A stretch of 64,000 bases of DNA from positions 57,784,001 to 57,848,000 of the forward strand of contig NC_043013.1 of the NCBI RefSeq assembly GCF_006345805.1. The letters run 5' to 3'. The notes below the pieces were generated by a model, which saw nothing but the letters and a program-made list of their open reading frames with translations, did not search any database and had not been told where the DNA came from. Position 1 is the first letter of the stretch. The number at the start of each line of letters is the position of its first letter. The position numbers and the translations under genes were made by a program. Origin of the DNA: Octopus sinensis. Taxonomy: Eukaryota. Below are positions 12,215 to 24,900 of the stretch, one piece after another.

Positions 12215-13844
12215 TTGTGTGGGGGTTTACTTATATAAATGTGTGTGTCTGTAATACTGAATGCAATAGTTGTGATGCCTAGAAATGTTTGCCTGCCTAA
12301 ATTCATTTTGAATGTTTTTCATATAGCGTACTGAGGTATTTCTCATACTAAATACATACGGAGACACATAACATAGTGTAGCATAATTCTAGATTAAATT
12401 TGCACGTATGTGTACGTGCGTGTGCGTGTGTGCATGAATGTACATATGTTTACGTTTGTATTATTAATAGCAATTATCAAGGATTTTTGTACTCCCCGTT
12501 TAAAGCAAAAAGTAGAGTTCTAAGTGTAAAACTGTAACGACAGAAGAGAAAGAAGATATAACTACTTCACTTATGTACCACTGAATAATCTTTCCATACT
12601 CGTTAGAATTATAAGCTTTAGGAATGTAGGGTGGTTGAATTTGCTCTTATATGCGACAGATAAGTGTGACACGGAGTGGTTTCGTCTGCAGTTCCATTTA
12701 TTTATGCAGACCTTAATGTTTAAAATTGAATCAGGTTCATTCTCCACACACATCAGTGTAATTTTTCTCCTTAAATGCATGCTACTGAAACGACTGTCAA
12801 GAGATTCTGACTTTTGAGCAGCAAACATTCACCAACATGCAACAAATGCCGTTTAGAGAAAACCTGAACAATAACAGAAGCATGATTCACATTCATAAAT
12901 TTATATTGAATCCACGAGATAGAAACAACATTGTTACGAAACGCTACACGAATTCAGGAATTCAAAACTGTCAATTAACAGAGTTGAACGCTAAATATAT
13001 ATACCGGAGCTTTAGAAAAGGCACACGACACAGCAAATTTGGTGGAATTGCAATTATTCTCCCATTTATTCAAATGTGTCACTAGAGGGGTCTTAGAATC
13101 CCAGAACTACACCTGAAAGGGCATTGGAAATAGATAAGAAATTAGTAAAAATATTTTATGAGAGATTACTGTTAAAGTGTTCCCTCACCACCCGAGTAAT
13201 TTGAAAGCAAACAGATTTCTTTAGGTAGAAAAGAACGATTATTGGGTTGGTCGTGGGTTTGAAAACCGATGTAACGTGACAGAAAATTTAATATAAAATA
13301 TCAGCTTCACATTATCGCCCCAGGAGTAAGAAATACAAAGTGAGAACGCTACGGGATGTGAGCGTAGAAAGAAGCAAATCAGTTTCAATCATACCTTATT
13401 ATTTCAAATATTTGTATAACAAATTTTATGTTTCAATCATTTAAAATATTTCTTTTCTTCAATTTGTTTTCTTCGAGTTATAAGTTCCTACTTAAATAAA
13501 TTTCTTAAAATGTGTGTTGTGACGTTTGCATACTTTTAGAATTCAACTGTAAGAAAATTTAAGATTTGTTTTTGTTTTGCTTTTTGTTTTTTTGTTGTTT
13601 TTTTTTTGTTTGCAACTAACACCGAAAGCTAAATTAAAACATATAACAGATGAAGTACAAAAAAAGGTATAATTATATAAAAGAAATTGTAAGAAATATT
13701 TTCATTATTTTAGTTTTCCATGATGCTTTGTAGTGTTTGGTAAACAACATCACATGGAGCCATTTATAGGAAAAATTTGCTGATGATGTGTAACAAATCA
13801 AAATTTTCGCAACGTCGTCAGAAAGTAAAAGAATTAAATGAAAC

Positions 13845-13914
<70 letters not shown>

Positions 13915-15540
13915 GTGGGGGTTTACTTATATAAATGTGTGTGTCTGTAATACTGAAAGCAATAGTTGTGATGCCTAGAAATGTTTGCCTGCCTAAATTC
14001 ATTTTGAATGTTTTTCATATAGCGTACTGAGGTATTTCTCATACTAAATACATACGGAGACACATAACATAGTGTAGCATAATTCTAGATTAAATTTGCA
14101 CGTATGTGTACGTGCGTGTGCGTGTGTGCATGAATGTACATATGTTTACGTTTGTATTATTAATAGCAATTATCAAGGATTTTTGTACTCCCCGTTTAAA
14201 GCAAAAAGTAGAGTTCTAAGTGTAAAACTGTAACGACAGAAGAGAAAGAAGATATAACTACTTCACTTATGTACCACTGAATAATCTTTCCATACTCGTT
14301 AGAATTATAAGCTTTAGGAATGTAGGGTGGTTGAATTTGCTCTTATATGCGACAGATAAGTGTGACACGGAGTGGTTTCGTCTGCAGTTCCATTTATTTA
14401 TGCAGACCTTAATGTTTAAAATTGAATCAGGTTCATTCTCCACACACATCAGTGTAATTTTTCTCCTTAAATGCATGCTACTGAAACGACTGTCAAGAGA
14501 TTCTGACTTTTGAGCAGCAAACATTCACCAACATGCAACAAATGCCGTTTAGAGAAAACCTGAACAATAACAGAAGCATGATTCACATTCATAAATTTAT
14601 ATTGAATCCACGAGATAGAAACAACATTGTTACGAAACGCTACACGAATTCAGGAATTCAAAACTGTCAATTAACAGAGTTGAACGCTAAATATATATAC
14701 CGGAGCTTTAGAAAAGGCACACGACACAGCAAATTTGGTGGAATTGCAATTATTCTCCCATTTATTCAAATGTGTCACTAGAGGGGTCTTAGAATCCCAG
14801 AACTACACCTGAAAGGGCATTGGAAATAGATAAGAAATTAGTAAAAATATTTTATGAGAGATTACTGTTAAAGTGTTCCCTCACCACCCGAGTAATTTGA
14901 AAGCAAACAGATTTCTTTAGGTAGAAAAGAACGATTATTGGGTTGGTCGTGGGTTTGAAAACCGATGTAACGTGACAGAAAATTTAATATAAAATATCAG
15001 CTTCACATTATCGCCCCAGGAGTAAGAAATACAAAGTGAGAACGCTACGGGATGTGAGCGTAGAAAGAAGCAAATCAGTTTCAATCATACCTTATTATTT
15101 CAAATATTTGTATAACAAATTTTATGTTTCAATCATTTAAAATATTTCTTTTCTTCAATTTGTTTTCTTCGAGTTATAAGTTCCTACTTAAATAAATTTC
15201 TTAAAATGTGTGTTGTGACGTTTGCATACTTTTAGAATTCAACTGTAAGAAAATTTAAGATTTGTTTTTGTTTTGCTTTTTGTTTTTTTGTTGTTTTTTT
15301 TTTGTTTGCAACTAACACCGAAAGCTAAATTAAAACATATAACAGATGAAGTACAAAAAAAGGTATAATTATATAAAAGAAATTGTAAGAAATATTTTCA
15401 TTATTTTAGTTTTCCATGATGCTTTGTAGTGTTTGGTAAACAACATCACATGGAGCCATTTATAGGAAAAATTTGCTGATGATGTGTAACAAATCAAAAT
15501 TTTCGCAACGTCGTCAGAAAGTAAAAGAATTAAATGAAAC
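12215..15540. repeat. Near-perfect direct tandem duplication, period 1696 bp, units bounded by (TA)n
   Basis: Units 12215-13844 and 13911-15540; ORF track repeats identically at +1696; only difference I spotted is T12262 vs A13958. Confidence 0.97.
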
Positions 15541-15578
<38 letters not shown>

Positions 15579-15584
<6 letters not shown>

Positions 15585-16576
15585 CGAGAAAGAAGCAACA
15601 AGAATGGATAGGTTTTTAGTACAATCGTTTCATACAAGGACAGGCTTTATTAAAAGTTGCAAAAATTACAGCATATAAACGTGTCCCGTACTCATCAGCT
15701 AAAATACATGTGAGTTCTCTAGACATCCTAGTGGTTGAGGCTATACTCATGAAGTAATGTAGATAATTAAGTAACATAAACAGATTTCCAAAGTTCATTA
15801 AAGCTCTTTAAAGATGATGTACAGTCTTATCACAGAATTTTTAAAAAGTTTTAATAGCATCACAGAGAAGGTGACCTAATCCATAGTGCACATATGAATT
15901 TCCAGAGATATGAGGAGGGATTACATACTCACAGACGACAAATTTATCCATTGTTAATCACAACGAGGTGGGTCTCAATTCCTGCTTATTAGCATTACAG
16001 AGAGGGTGAATTAATCCTTTGTATAGATGCACAATTTCCAATGGTGTAGATGTAAATTTCCAGAATTTGAATATGAAATTCCTCTTCATTTCTCTGGAAA
16101 TTTACATCTACACCATTGGAAATTGTGCATCTATACAAAGGATTATTCACCCTCTCTGTAATGCTAATAAGCAGGAATTGAGACCCACCTCGTTGTGATT
16201 AACAATGGATAAATTTGTCGTCTGTGAGTATGTAATCCCTCCTCATATCTCTGGAAATTCATATGTGCACTATGGATTAGGTCACCTTCTCTGTGATGCT
16301 ATTAAAACTTTTTTAAAATTCTGTGATAAGACTGTACATCATCTTTAAAGAACTTTAATGAACTTTGGAAATCTGTTTATGTTACTTATTATCTACATTA
16401 CTTCATGAGTATAGCCTCAACCACTAGGATGTCTAGAGAACTCACATGTATTTTAGCTGATGAGTACGGGACACGTTTATATGCTGTAATTTTTGCAACT
16501 TTTAATAAAGCCTGTCCTTGTATGAAACGATTGTACTAAAAACCTATCCATTCTTGTTGCTTCTTTCTCGCTTATA
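15579..16576. repeat. About 1-kb palindrome: two ~485-bp inverted arms with a 28-nt spacer
   Basis: 15579-16064 is the reverse complement of 16093-16576 apart from a few indels and substitutions; spacer 16065-16092. Confidence 0.95.
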
Positions 16577-16690
16577 ATCACCCCACATTACTGTATTGTT
16601 AAAACAGTATAGTTTTTTTTTGGTGCATCTAAGTTAGGTACCATATTCAAGTAAATTCATTTAAATTAAATTGAATCTTTATTGCTTATA
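16093..16690 (-). pseudogene. Paralogous segment P2, putative decayed ankyrin-like gene start
   Basis: Homologous to 52850-53190 (ggtgcatctaagttaggtaccatattca vs ggttcatctaacttaagtactatattca); translation MVPNLDAP...GDY...KQQEW...YNRF and NEVGLNSCLLALQRG...SNGVDVNFQN. Confidence 0.33.
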
Positions 16691-16739
16691 TATATATATA
16701 TATATTATATATATTATATATATATATATATATATGTTT

Positions 16740-17291
16740 GTAGATAAACTTAGATACGTTTCGGCCAAAGATTGGTCCAGGCCATGTCTAACTTAATAGC
16801 ATCACCTGATAGGATTATCTAAATCCTGTTTAAGTCAAGTTTTGTTTGTGGTCCATTCAAGTAGTGGGTTTTTGTTGGGTGAGTTGTATCCAATTACGGG
16901 TGTCTTATCTGGTATTCCTTGAAGGAATCTATCCAGATTCCGGTAAAGTTGATGGGATCCTTTTTCTCTTTGATCTCTTTCGGGACAATGTTAAATGGGG
17001 CAGGGCCTGTGGAGGAAAAGAAATTATGTTGCATTGTACATATATGCTGTGATCCTGAATTGGTCAGGGGACGTATGGCCCGTGGTCCCAGTCTTGGATG
17101 AACCTTGAAGCTAATGTTCAGGTCGTTTTGGCAAAGTTGGCGGTATATTCTCCACATCGTGCAAATGATGTACCGCTCACGGCGACGCTGGAGAGAGTAG
17201 AGTTTCAAGGCTTTAAGGCGGTCTCAGTAATCGAGAGCAGCCATGACTTCAATTCGTTTAGTGAGTGCCCTCTGGGGTGATTCAATCCTCG
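16740..17291 (-). mobile_element. CR1-group LINE subfamily B, 3' fragment between TA microsatellites
   Basis: ORF 16894-17208 MKLYSLQRRRERYIICTMWRIY; same 3' end as the copy at 10803. Confidence 0.88.
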
Positions 17292-17362
17292 AATATATAT
17301 ATAAATATATTTATATATATTTATATATATATATATATACATTTATATATATACCTAATTTA

Positions 17363-20320
17363 GGCTGAGGGCATGTCTGAGAGGGCCATTATGAACAGTA
17401 GTGGTCCCAAAACACTGCCCTGCGGAACACCGCTCACTATTTGCGTGTTAATGGAAGTGGCCCCATTGGCTACTACCACCTGACTTCTATCTTTCAGAAA
17501 GTCATGAAGCCATTCTCCCAGTTTTCCAACTATGCTAAGATCACGCAGTTTGTGACATATCATTCCATGATCGACTTTATCAAAGGCCTTTGCAAAGTCG
17601 AGATATATCACATCCACATTTGAGTGGTTGAGCAGTCGTTTCAGCACCCAGTCATAGTGTTGTAGGAGATGAGTTAAGCAGCTTCTTCCTGGTCGGAAAC
17701 CATGTTGGGTGTCAGGCAGCAAGTCATTTTCTTCAAGGAAGGTGATCAGTTTCCTTCTGACTATTCGTTCCATGACCTTGCTGATGTGTGAGGTCAGAGA
17801 GATAGGTCTGTAGTTCTTGGCCACCGCTCTGCTACCTCTTTATGAATAGGTCATATTTTACTTTCCTTCAGTTTTCTTGGAAGTTTGCCAGCTGCAAGGA
17901 AGCTCTGAAAGAGGAACTGCAGTAGTCTTGCTAGGACTCTCTTACATACTTTTAGGAGGGTTGCCGGGAATCCATCGGGGCCAGTAGCTGAGTCTGTTTT
18001 CATTTCATCTATAGCCTTTATTACATCGTCTTCCTTTATATCGATGTAATCTATCGTCGCTGCCTCTGATTTTATATCTGCAGTGGTAAAGAAGTCAGTT
18101 GGATTGGTGATTTGGAGATGCCCAAGGGGTGGAGTGAAAACACACTTGAATTGCTCATTCAGTATTTCACTTACCCTCATTGGATTTCCTGTGAGTGTGC
18201 CATCCTTTTCAAGGAGTGGTCCTATCTTACAGTGCACCGTAGCTGTTTCTTTTGGCATACCTGTAGAAAGCTCTGGGTTAGATTTTTATGTTTTTTTTTC
18301 TATAGCCCAGCTTCTTTGTCTGCTCTTTCCTTTTCATGGAGAGTTGCAGACAATTTTCAATTTCCAAGTTTTATTTTCAGGCGGGACTTTTCACTGCTTT
18401 CAATTTGTTTGTTTAGGCGATTTGAAATTTTTGTACGCCATCTCATTAAAAGTTTTCTCTCTTTGTGGGGATTTTGTTCTTGTGTACAGTGGCCTTTCTC
18501 TCTGGGACACATTTGTAGCATATGGCTTGCATTACAGACATGAATTGTTGACGTTTTACGTCGATGTCTGGCGAGGAGAGACATTCAGGCCAGTTTTGTT
18601 TGAGGATCTCTTTCTCAATTTGTTTCCAGTTTGCCTTATGGAAGTTCAAGCTGGAAAGATTCTGAGAGTTTCTTGTAGGCTGCATTTCCATGCTTTCCTT
18701 TGGCCCGTACATGGTCAGCTCTAACATGTTGTGATCCGAGAGTAGTGTCGGTGTCACTTTCTCATTATGGATGAGATCCATATTATTTGTGAAGCAGAGA
18801 TCCAGTGTGTAACCTGTCCTGGTTGGTTGGAGTATTACTTGCTCCATGTACAGGGTGTTGATGAGGTTCAGAGGGACCTCGCCTGCCCTCGTTCACATCT
18901 TGTCGTTCCTGGGGAGAAAGGCCCTCGGGCCATCTGACATTGGGTAGATTGAAGTCTCCCATAAGAAGTACACTTATGTGTTGTTCTAATGTGATTAGAA
19001 CTTCTTCTATTTTTATAAGGCAGTCTTCAACTTGCCTACATGGCTTGGGGCATCTGGAGGGCGATATGTAGCACACACAACTACATCAAGTTGCCTTATA
19101 TGTACAATTAGTGTGTCACACACCGAGTTTGAGTATGATAAAAGGACCTGGGGTGTAAGGTCCTCACGGATGTACATAGCGACTCCTCCATGACTCCTTT
19201 CTTTTCTGTCGGTCCGTAGTACAACATACTGTGGTATGTGTAATTCCGCGTCTGCTATGTCCGGTTTCAGGTGCGTTTCCGTAAGTGCTATGCATAAGGC
19301 TTGATTGCATGCAACAAATTCTCTCAAGAACGGGATTTTTGTCCTGTTACTGAGTGTTTGCAGTCCTCTGATGTTCAGTAGGAGAATCCAAGTGAGGTGT
19401 ATGCTGTTGCCGGCGGTGTCCACCTTGGGTCTGTTTGCTGTGGTGGTCTTGTATATTGTGGGTAGTCCCATCTGCGAGCTTGGGTTTGATGAAGCAAGGT
19501 TAGCTGCTGTACAATCTTTTGTGCCATGCACAAAAAAGATTCTTGTTCAGCAGCTGCCCTTTCAACAACATCATGTTGGCGGTTTGTGGCACGCACCACA
19601 TCTGCGTACCTCCGTTTTGGAGCTGGTGGTGCGTGGTCCATCCCTTTTCCTTTTGTTTAGTTTGTTTCTTCTGATCTGTTTCGTGTCTCTGCGCGGCAGG
19701 GTCCCCGATGTGCAAAACGGCAGCCTGCACCTTCCTCTCCATGCCAGCAGGTACCTCTCAGGTAGAACCTACACCCCGTGTGCGCTGTTTGTTTCCATCC
19801 TTTTTGGTATATGGATAGTCAGTTTTACTTCTATTTTTGGCTGTTTCATTTTTTGGCTTTGTTTGAGTTTTTCTTTTAGTTTTCCTCCTTTTATTCTTCT
19901 TTGGGTTCTTCATCTCCTTGGCTTTTGGTGCTGGTAGGAGCACTTGCACTTGGTTTACTTCCGGGCAGGTTTCTCACTCGAAACCTCTTCCCGGTGTCCA
20001 CCAGGTGGGGTGACTTCTTTCATCAGCACCCGCGTCTCCATCCTTGCCATCTTTACCCTGTTCGTTCTCAAAATTGCATCAAGCGTGCGAATGTGAGATC
20101 GTACAATTGCATAGGAGCGTATGAACTCCTGCTTCTTCTCGCTCTCTATCTGAGCTATTGTCCTTTTATAACTACCGCTCTTCAGCGCAGCCGTAATTAT
20201 ATTGTTAGGGTTATCTCTCGTCGGCGCATTTCAAGGCTCGTACGGACAACGCCAATTCGTCACGTCTCCAGGCCCTGGACATGTTGGATTCTCTATCTAT
20301 TTATCTATCTAATTATGTTT
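17363..20320 (-). mobile_element. CR1-group LINE subfamily A: 5' region, putative ORF1, APE and N-terminal RT; 3' part missing
   Basis: APE motifs LLLNIRGL, LTETHL, LMGDFNLP; RT motifs NYRPISLTSHISKVMER, QHGFRPGRSC, YLDFAKAFDKVDH, SGVPQGSVLGP; Lys-rich ORF1-like region 19500-19950. The 5' boundary is approximate. Confidence 0.9.
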
Positions 20321-21130
20321 AAAATTAAATAGTGTGATAGAGGGCAGAGAAGAAGTAGAGAAAGAAAGTGACTGTGTATTTAGAGAGATTGAGAGCTGAG
20401 AGAAGATAAGAAGATATTTTTTTTATTTATCTACCTAATTATATCTATCTAATTATATTTATTTATCTATCTAATTATATCTATCTATTATATCTAATTT
20501 ATCTATCTAATAATATTTAAAATTTAATAGTGTGATAGACGGTAGAGAAGAAATAGAGAAAGAAAGTGAGAAAGAAAGTGACTGTGAAAGAGAGAGAGAG
20601 ATTGAGAGCTGTGCGACTATATATTTAGAGAAATTGAGAGGCTGAGAGAGGAAAGATTGTGACAGAGAGAAGTGGAGAAGTGGAGAGAAAAGGAAAGATT
20701 GTACGGCTGAAAGAGGATAGATCGTGTGATAGAGAAAAGTAGAGACAGAGGGAGAAAGAGAAGAAAGAGAGGGGGTTACGAAGCTGAAATAAAAATGAAA
20801 GATTATGAAAATGAAAGATTATTAACAGGAAAGCTGAAATAGGAAATAATAGATTCTGAAATAAAGACGGAAAGATTATTAAAGTTTGCGTCTATGCATA
20901 TATATATATATATATATATATATACACGTGCACATACATACACACATATACACAAACGGAGAGAGAGAGGAGGTCAAAATAGGAAATAATAGATTCTGAA
21001 ATAAAGACGGAAAGATTATTAAAGTTCGTGTCTATGCAAATATACGTATATATACATAAATATACACGTGCACATACATACACACAAATACACAAACGGA
21101 GAGAGAGAGGAGGTAGAAGAAAGGAAGTAA
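20290..21130. repeat. GA-rich low-complexity region with short direct duplications
   Basis: 20290-20400 is similar to 20500-20630; 20838-20975 is similar to 20978-21112. Confidence 0.65.
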
Positions 21131-21699
21131 GGAAAATATATTAGAATATATTAAAGTGTGAAAGAAGGGGTTATTTAATTCTAAAACTAATTACAAGAAG
21201 ACAGAGGTATGAAAGCGAAAGCAGAAATTGAAAGAGAGTTATTCTCAGAAAGTAAACAAAGATGGATTCGTAAATTTTAACGGAGATGCTAGCTTAAGTT
21301 AAGGGAAATAAAATAATAAATAAAATATGAAATAGAAAATGAAAGTGATACTTATCTCAAGCGATGCAGTCTGAACCTTCGTGCTTTACGGAATTATTTT
21401 TCCTTCACAGGAAAAATGTTTCTTTTTCTTTCTTACAGGAGATAAATTAATTTAATGAGTTGCCACCATGTGCGTTTTCGGCGAAAAAAAATCTACTGTA
21501 TTACATTTAGCTTCAGGCAAAATATATTACGTTTTTGATTAATATATTTTTAATTAATGTGTTGTAGTAGACTTTATGAGTTAAAGTTCTACGTTTTGTT
21601 ACATTCAGTAGATTATTTCGCCGATTTATGCAAACTTTTCTCTTTTTTTCACAGAGCAAAAGCAAACACGTCCTCTCTCTGCGAAAACCGGAATTATAT

Positions 21700-21930
21700 A
21701 TACTTTTTCTTTTACTCTTTTTACTTGTTTTAGTAATTTGACTGCGGCCATGCTGGAGCACCGCCTTTAGTCGAGCAAATCGACCCGGGACTTATTCTTT
21801 TGTAAGCCCAGTACTTATTCTATCGGTCTCTTTTGCCGAACCGCTAAGTTACGGGGACGTAAACAAACCAGCATCGGTTGTCAAGCAATGCTAGGGAACA
21901 AACACAGACCAACAAACATATTCACACACA
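21700..21930 (-). mobile_element. SINE 3' and central portion (octopus-type)
   Basis: Same sequence as 11787-11934, extended by taagttacggggacgtaaac...; stops at a CA tract abutting the RTE tail. Confidence 0.88.
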
Positions 21931-21941
21931 CTTATATATAT

Positions 21942-24900
21942 GTTTGTTTGGCATCCTTTCTGTCTCTGGAGACAATGGAGTTGCGCATTTTTTTTTTTCT
22001 AGGTCTAGTCGGTCCGGTGTTATATTTTATTTCCTGTTACATTTCTTGCTGTGGCTGTGTAGTCCTATCCTGGACAAACACTCCCTCTGGCAGGTACTGC
22101 AAATGTAGCGAAGACTGTTCCTGGCTGGTTGTAGTGCCATGTCTCTGTTTTCTTCTTTCCTTTCTTTCCATTTCTCCTCTCTCTTTCTGTCACTCCCTGT
22201 ATACCCTCTTTTACTGTACGTCGCCATTCTCCACGGTTGCCGGCGACTGCCTCCCAGCCGCTAATGTTGATGTTGCAGGCCTTCATATCCCTTTTGCAAA
22301 CATCCTTGTAACGTAAGATCGGTCTACCCACAGACCTAGTACCCCTAGCAAGCTCTCCGTAGAGTATGTCCTTGGGGATTCTGCCATCTTTCATACGGCT
22401 AACATGCCCAAGCCATCTCATACGTCTTTGTGTGAGGAGTGCAAACATGCTTGGTATTCCTGCTTGCCTGAGGACATCTTTGTTGGGGATATGATTCTGC
22501 CATTTGATGTGGAGGATTTTTCGGAGGCAGCGCAGGTGAAAGATGTTTAGGCGACTCTCTTGGTGTGTGTATAGCGTCCAGGTCTCGCTTCCATACAGTA
22601 GAGTACTCAGTACACATGCCTGGTAGATCTTCATTTTTGTGGTCTTGGTCAGCTTATTGTTGTCCCAAGCCCGTTTGGAGAGTTGGGCCATCGCAGCAGC
22701 TGCCTTGCCAATGCGTATATTGAGCTCAGCGTCAAGGGATAGGTTGTAGGTGACGGTAGAGCCCAGATAGGTAAACTTCTCCACCTCTTGTAATCTGTGG
22801 TCTCCAATATGTATGTTTGGGATGTCCGATGTAGCCTGGCCCATGATGTTGGTCTTCTTAAGGCTGATAGCTAAGCCAAAGTCGTTACATGCTTGCTCAA
22901 AACAGTTAATGAGCCTTTGGAGGGCTTCTTCTGTATGTGTTACCAGAGCGGCATCATCAGCAATGGCATCTCCTTGATCAGGACGTCTCTGAGTTTGGTC
23001 TTGGCACGCAGGCGCGAGAGATTGAACAGTTTCCCGTCACTTCTACAGTGCAGAAACACTCCATCATCTGATGTCTGAAAGGCATGTGAGAGTAGAGCGA
23101 GAAGAAGATGCCAAACAATGTAGGTAGGAGTGAGGAACACCTTGCTTTACCCCGTTTTTTATTTGGAAGGCGGCTGATGTTGAACCGTGTTGCTGTATGG
23201 TGCCTTGCATGTCATCATGAAAGACTTATGATCCTCAGCAGCTTTGGTGGACATCCGATTTTTTGGAGCAGGGTGAAGAGGCCTGTTCTGCTTACCGAGT
23301 CAAAGGCCTTTGTTAGATCAATGAAGGCCATATATAATGGCATTCTCTGCTCTCTGGACTTCTCCTGAAGTTGGCGTATGGAGAATATCGATAGTTGATC
23401 TGCTTCTTCTAAAGCCACACTGCGATTCCGGATAGATTCGAGAAGCAAGTAGTTGTAGCCTGGCCAGGATAACGCGGGCAAAGGTCTTTCCAACAGTGCT
23501 TAGGAGGGATATACCACGGTAATTGTTACAATCACCACGGTCACCTTTGTTTTTGTAGAGCGTAATGATGTTGGCATCCCGCATATCCTGAGGGACTGTA
23601 CCCTCTTCCCAGCACTGACACAGAAGCTCATGAAGGTGCCGAAGCAGGATGGTGTTTTTGCCGGCTTTGATGATCTCTGAGGGGATGCCGTCTTTTCCCG
23701 AGCCTTATTTCTTGCTAGGAGTCAACAGCCTTGGTGAGCTCTGCTATAGATGGCGGACTGTCAAGTTCGCACATGACTGGCAAGATCTTGACACTCTCGA
23801 CTGCAGCCTCAGCCACTCTGGTCTCCCGTGAGTAGAGATCCTGGTAGTGCTCCACCCATCTATCCATTTGCTTGCCTTGATCCCTGATGAGATCTCCAGT
23901 AGTTGATTTCAGAGGGGCTGACTTGGTTGCGGATGGACCGAGGGCCTTCTTCAAACCAGCATACATCCCACGGGTGTCGCCCCTGTCAGCAGCTGACTGG
24001 ATACTCTGACAGATTTCCTGCCAATACCTATTTGCACACAGCATCTGGCTGTCAGTTGGGTTTTATTTCGTGCCTTTCTGAGTTTTCGAGTGACTTTGTA
24101 GAAAAGTCACTCTTGTATTGCACCAGAGCTGCACGCTTTGCTTCGATAACTGGCTCCAGCTCTGAGAGCCCAGCATTGAACCAATCTGGGTTTTGCCTTT
24201 CTCTCATGCCGAAAGTATCCAATGATGTCGTATACAAGGCTTCCCTGATATAGTCCCACCTATTTTCAGCAGAGGAGGTTGGGCAGCTACTGAGGGCAAC
24301 CTTGATAGAAGCAGCAAAACATTTTCGCAGTGTAGGGTCCGAGGTTCTGGCGGTGTTGATGCGTGGTCGGCCCAATTTCTTGGAGCGATGGACTTTTTTA
24401 GGGAGAATTTTCACCCTGCTTCTAATTAGTGAGTGGTCTGTGTCACAATCCGCACTGTGGTAACTGCGGGTCAATAGAGTGGAACTCAGAAAGGATCTCC
24501 GTGTAATGATGAGATCCAGCTGATGCCAGTGGTGAGATCTTGGATGTCTCCAGGATGCCTTGTGGGATGGCTTGCTGGTACAAAATGTGTTTGTGATGCA
24601 CAGGTTGTGGTATGTGCAGAATTCGAGTAGTCTCTGACCATTGTCATTCATGTTGCCAATACCAAAGTGTCCAACACAAATGGGCCACGAAACATGTCAG
24701 ATCCCACGCGAGCGTTAAAATCCCCTAGAAGGTAGATATTTTCAGTCGTTGGTATATTTTCTAGGACACAGTTGAGATCTTTGTAGAACTGGTCCTTGGT
24801 CTCCTCTGAGCTGTAGAGAGTGGGAGCATAGATGCTGAGTAGATGTACTGAGCCAGAAGAAGTCGAGAGGCGCAGTGAGAGGATACGCTCAGTACCTCCC

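Noticed and set aside
12571-12828. 85-aa minus-strand ORF (duplicated at 14267-14524) as a host gene
   Set aside because: No recognisable domain; overlapping ORFs of similar size occur on the other strand; no convincing splice context.
18083-20332. Plus-strand ORFs of 140-210 aa (for example 18083-18724 and 19305-19937), and similar ORFs opposite the RTE and PLE
   Set aside because: They are antisense shadows of LINE/PLE coding sequence.
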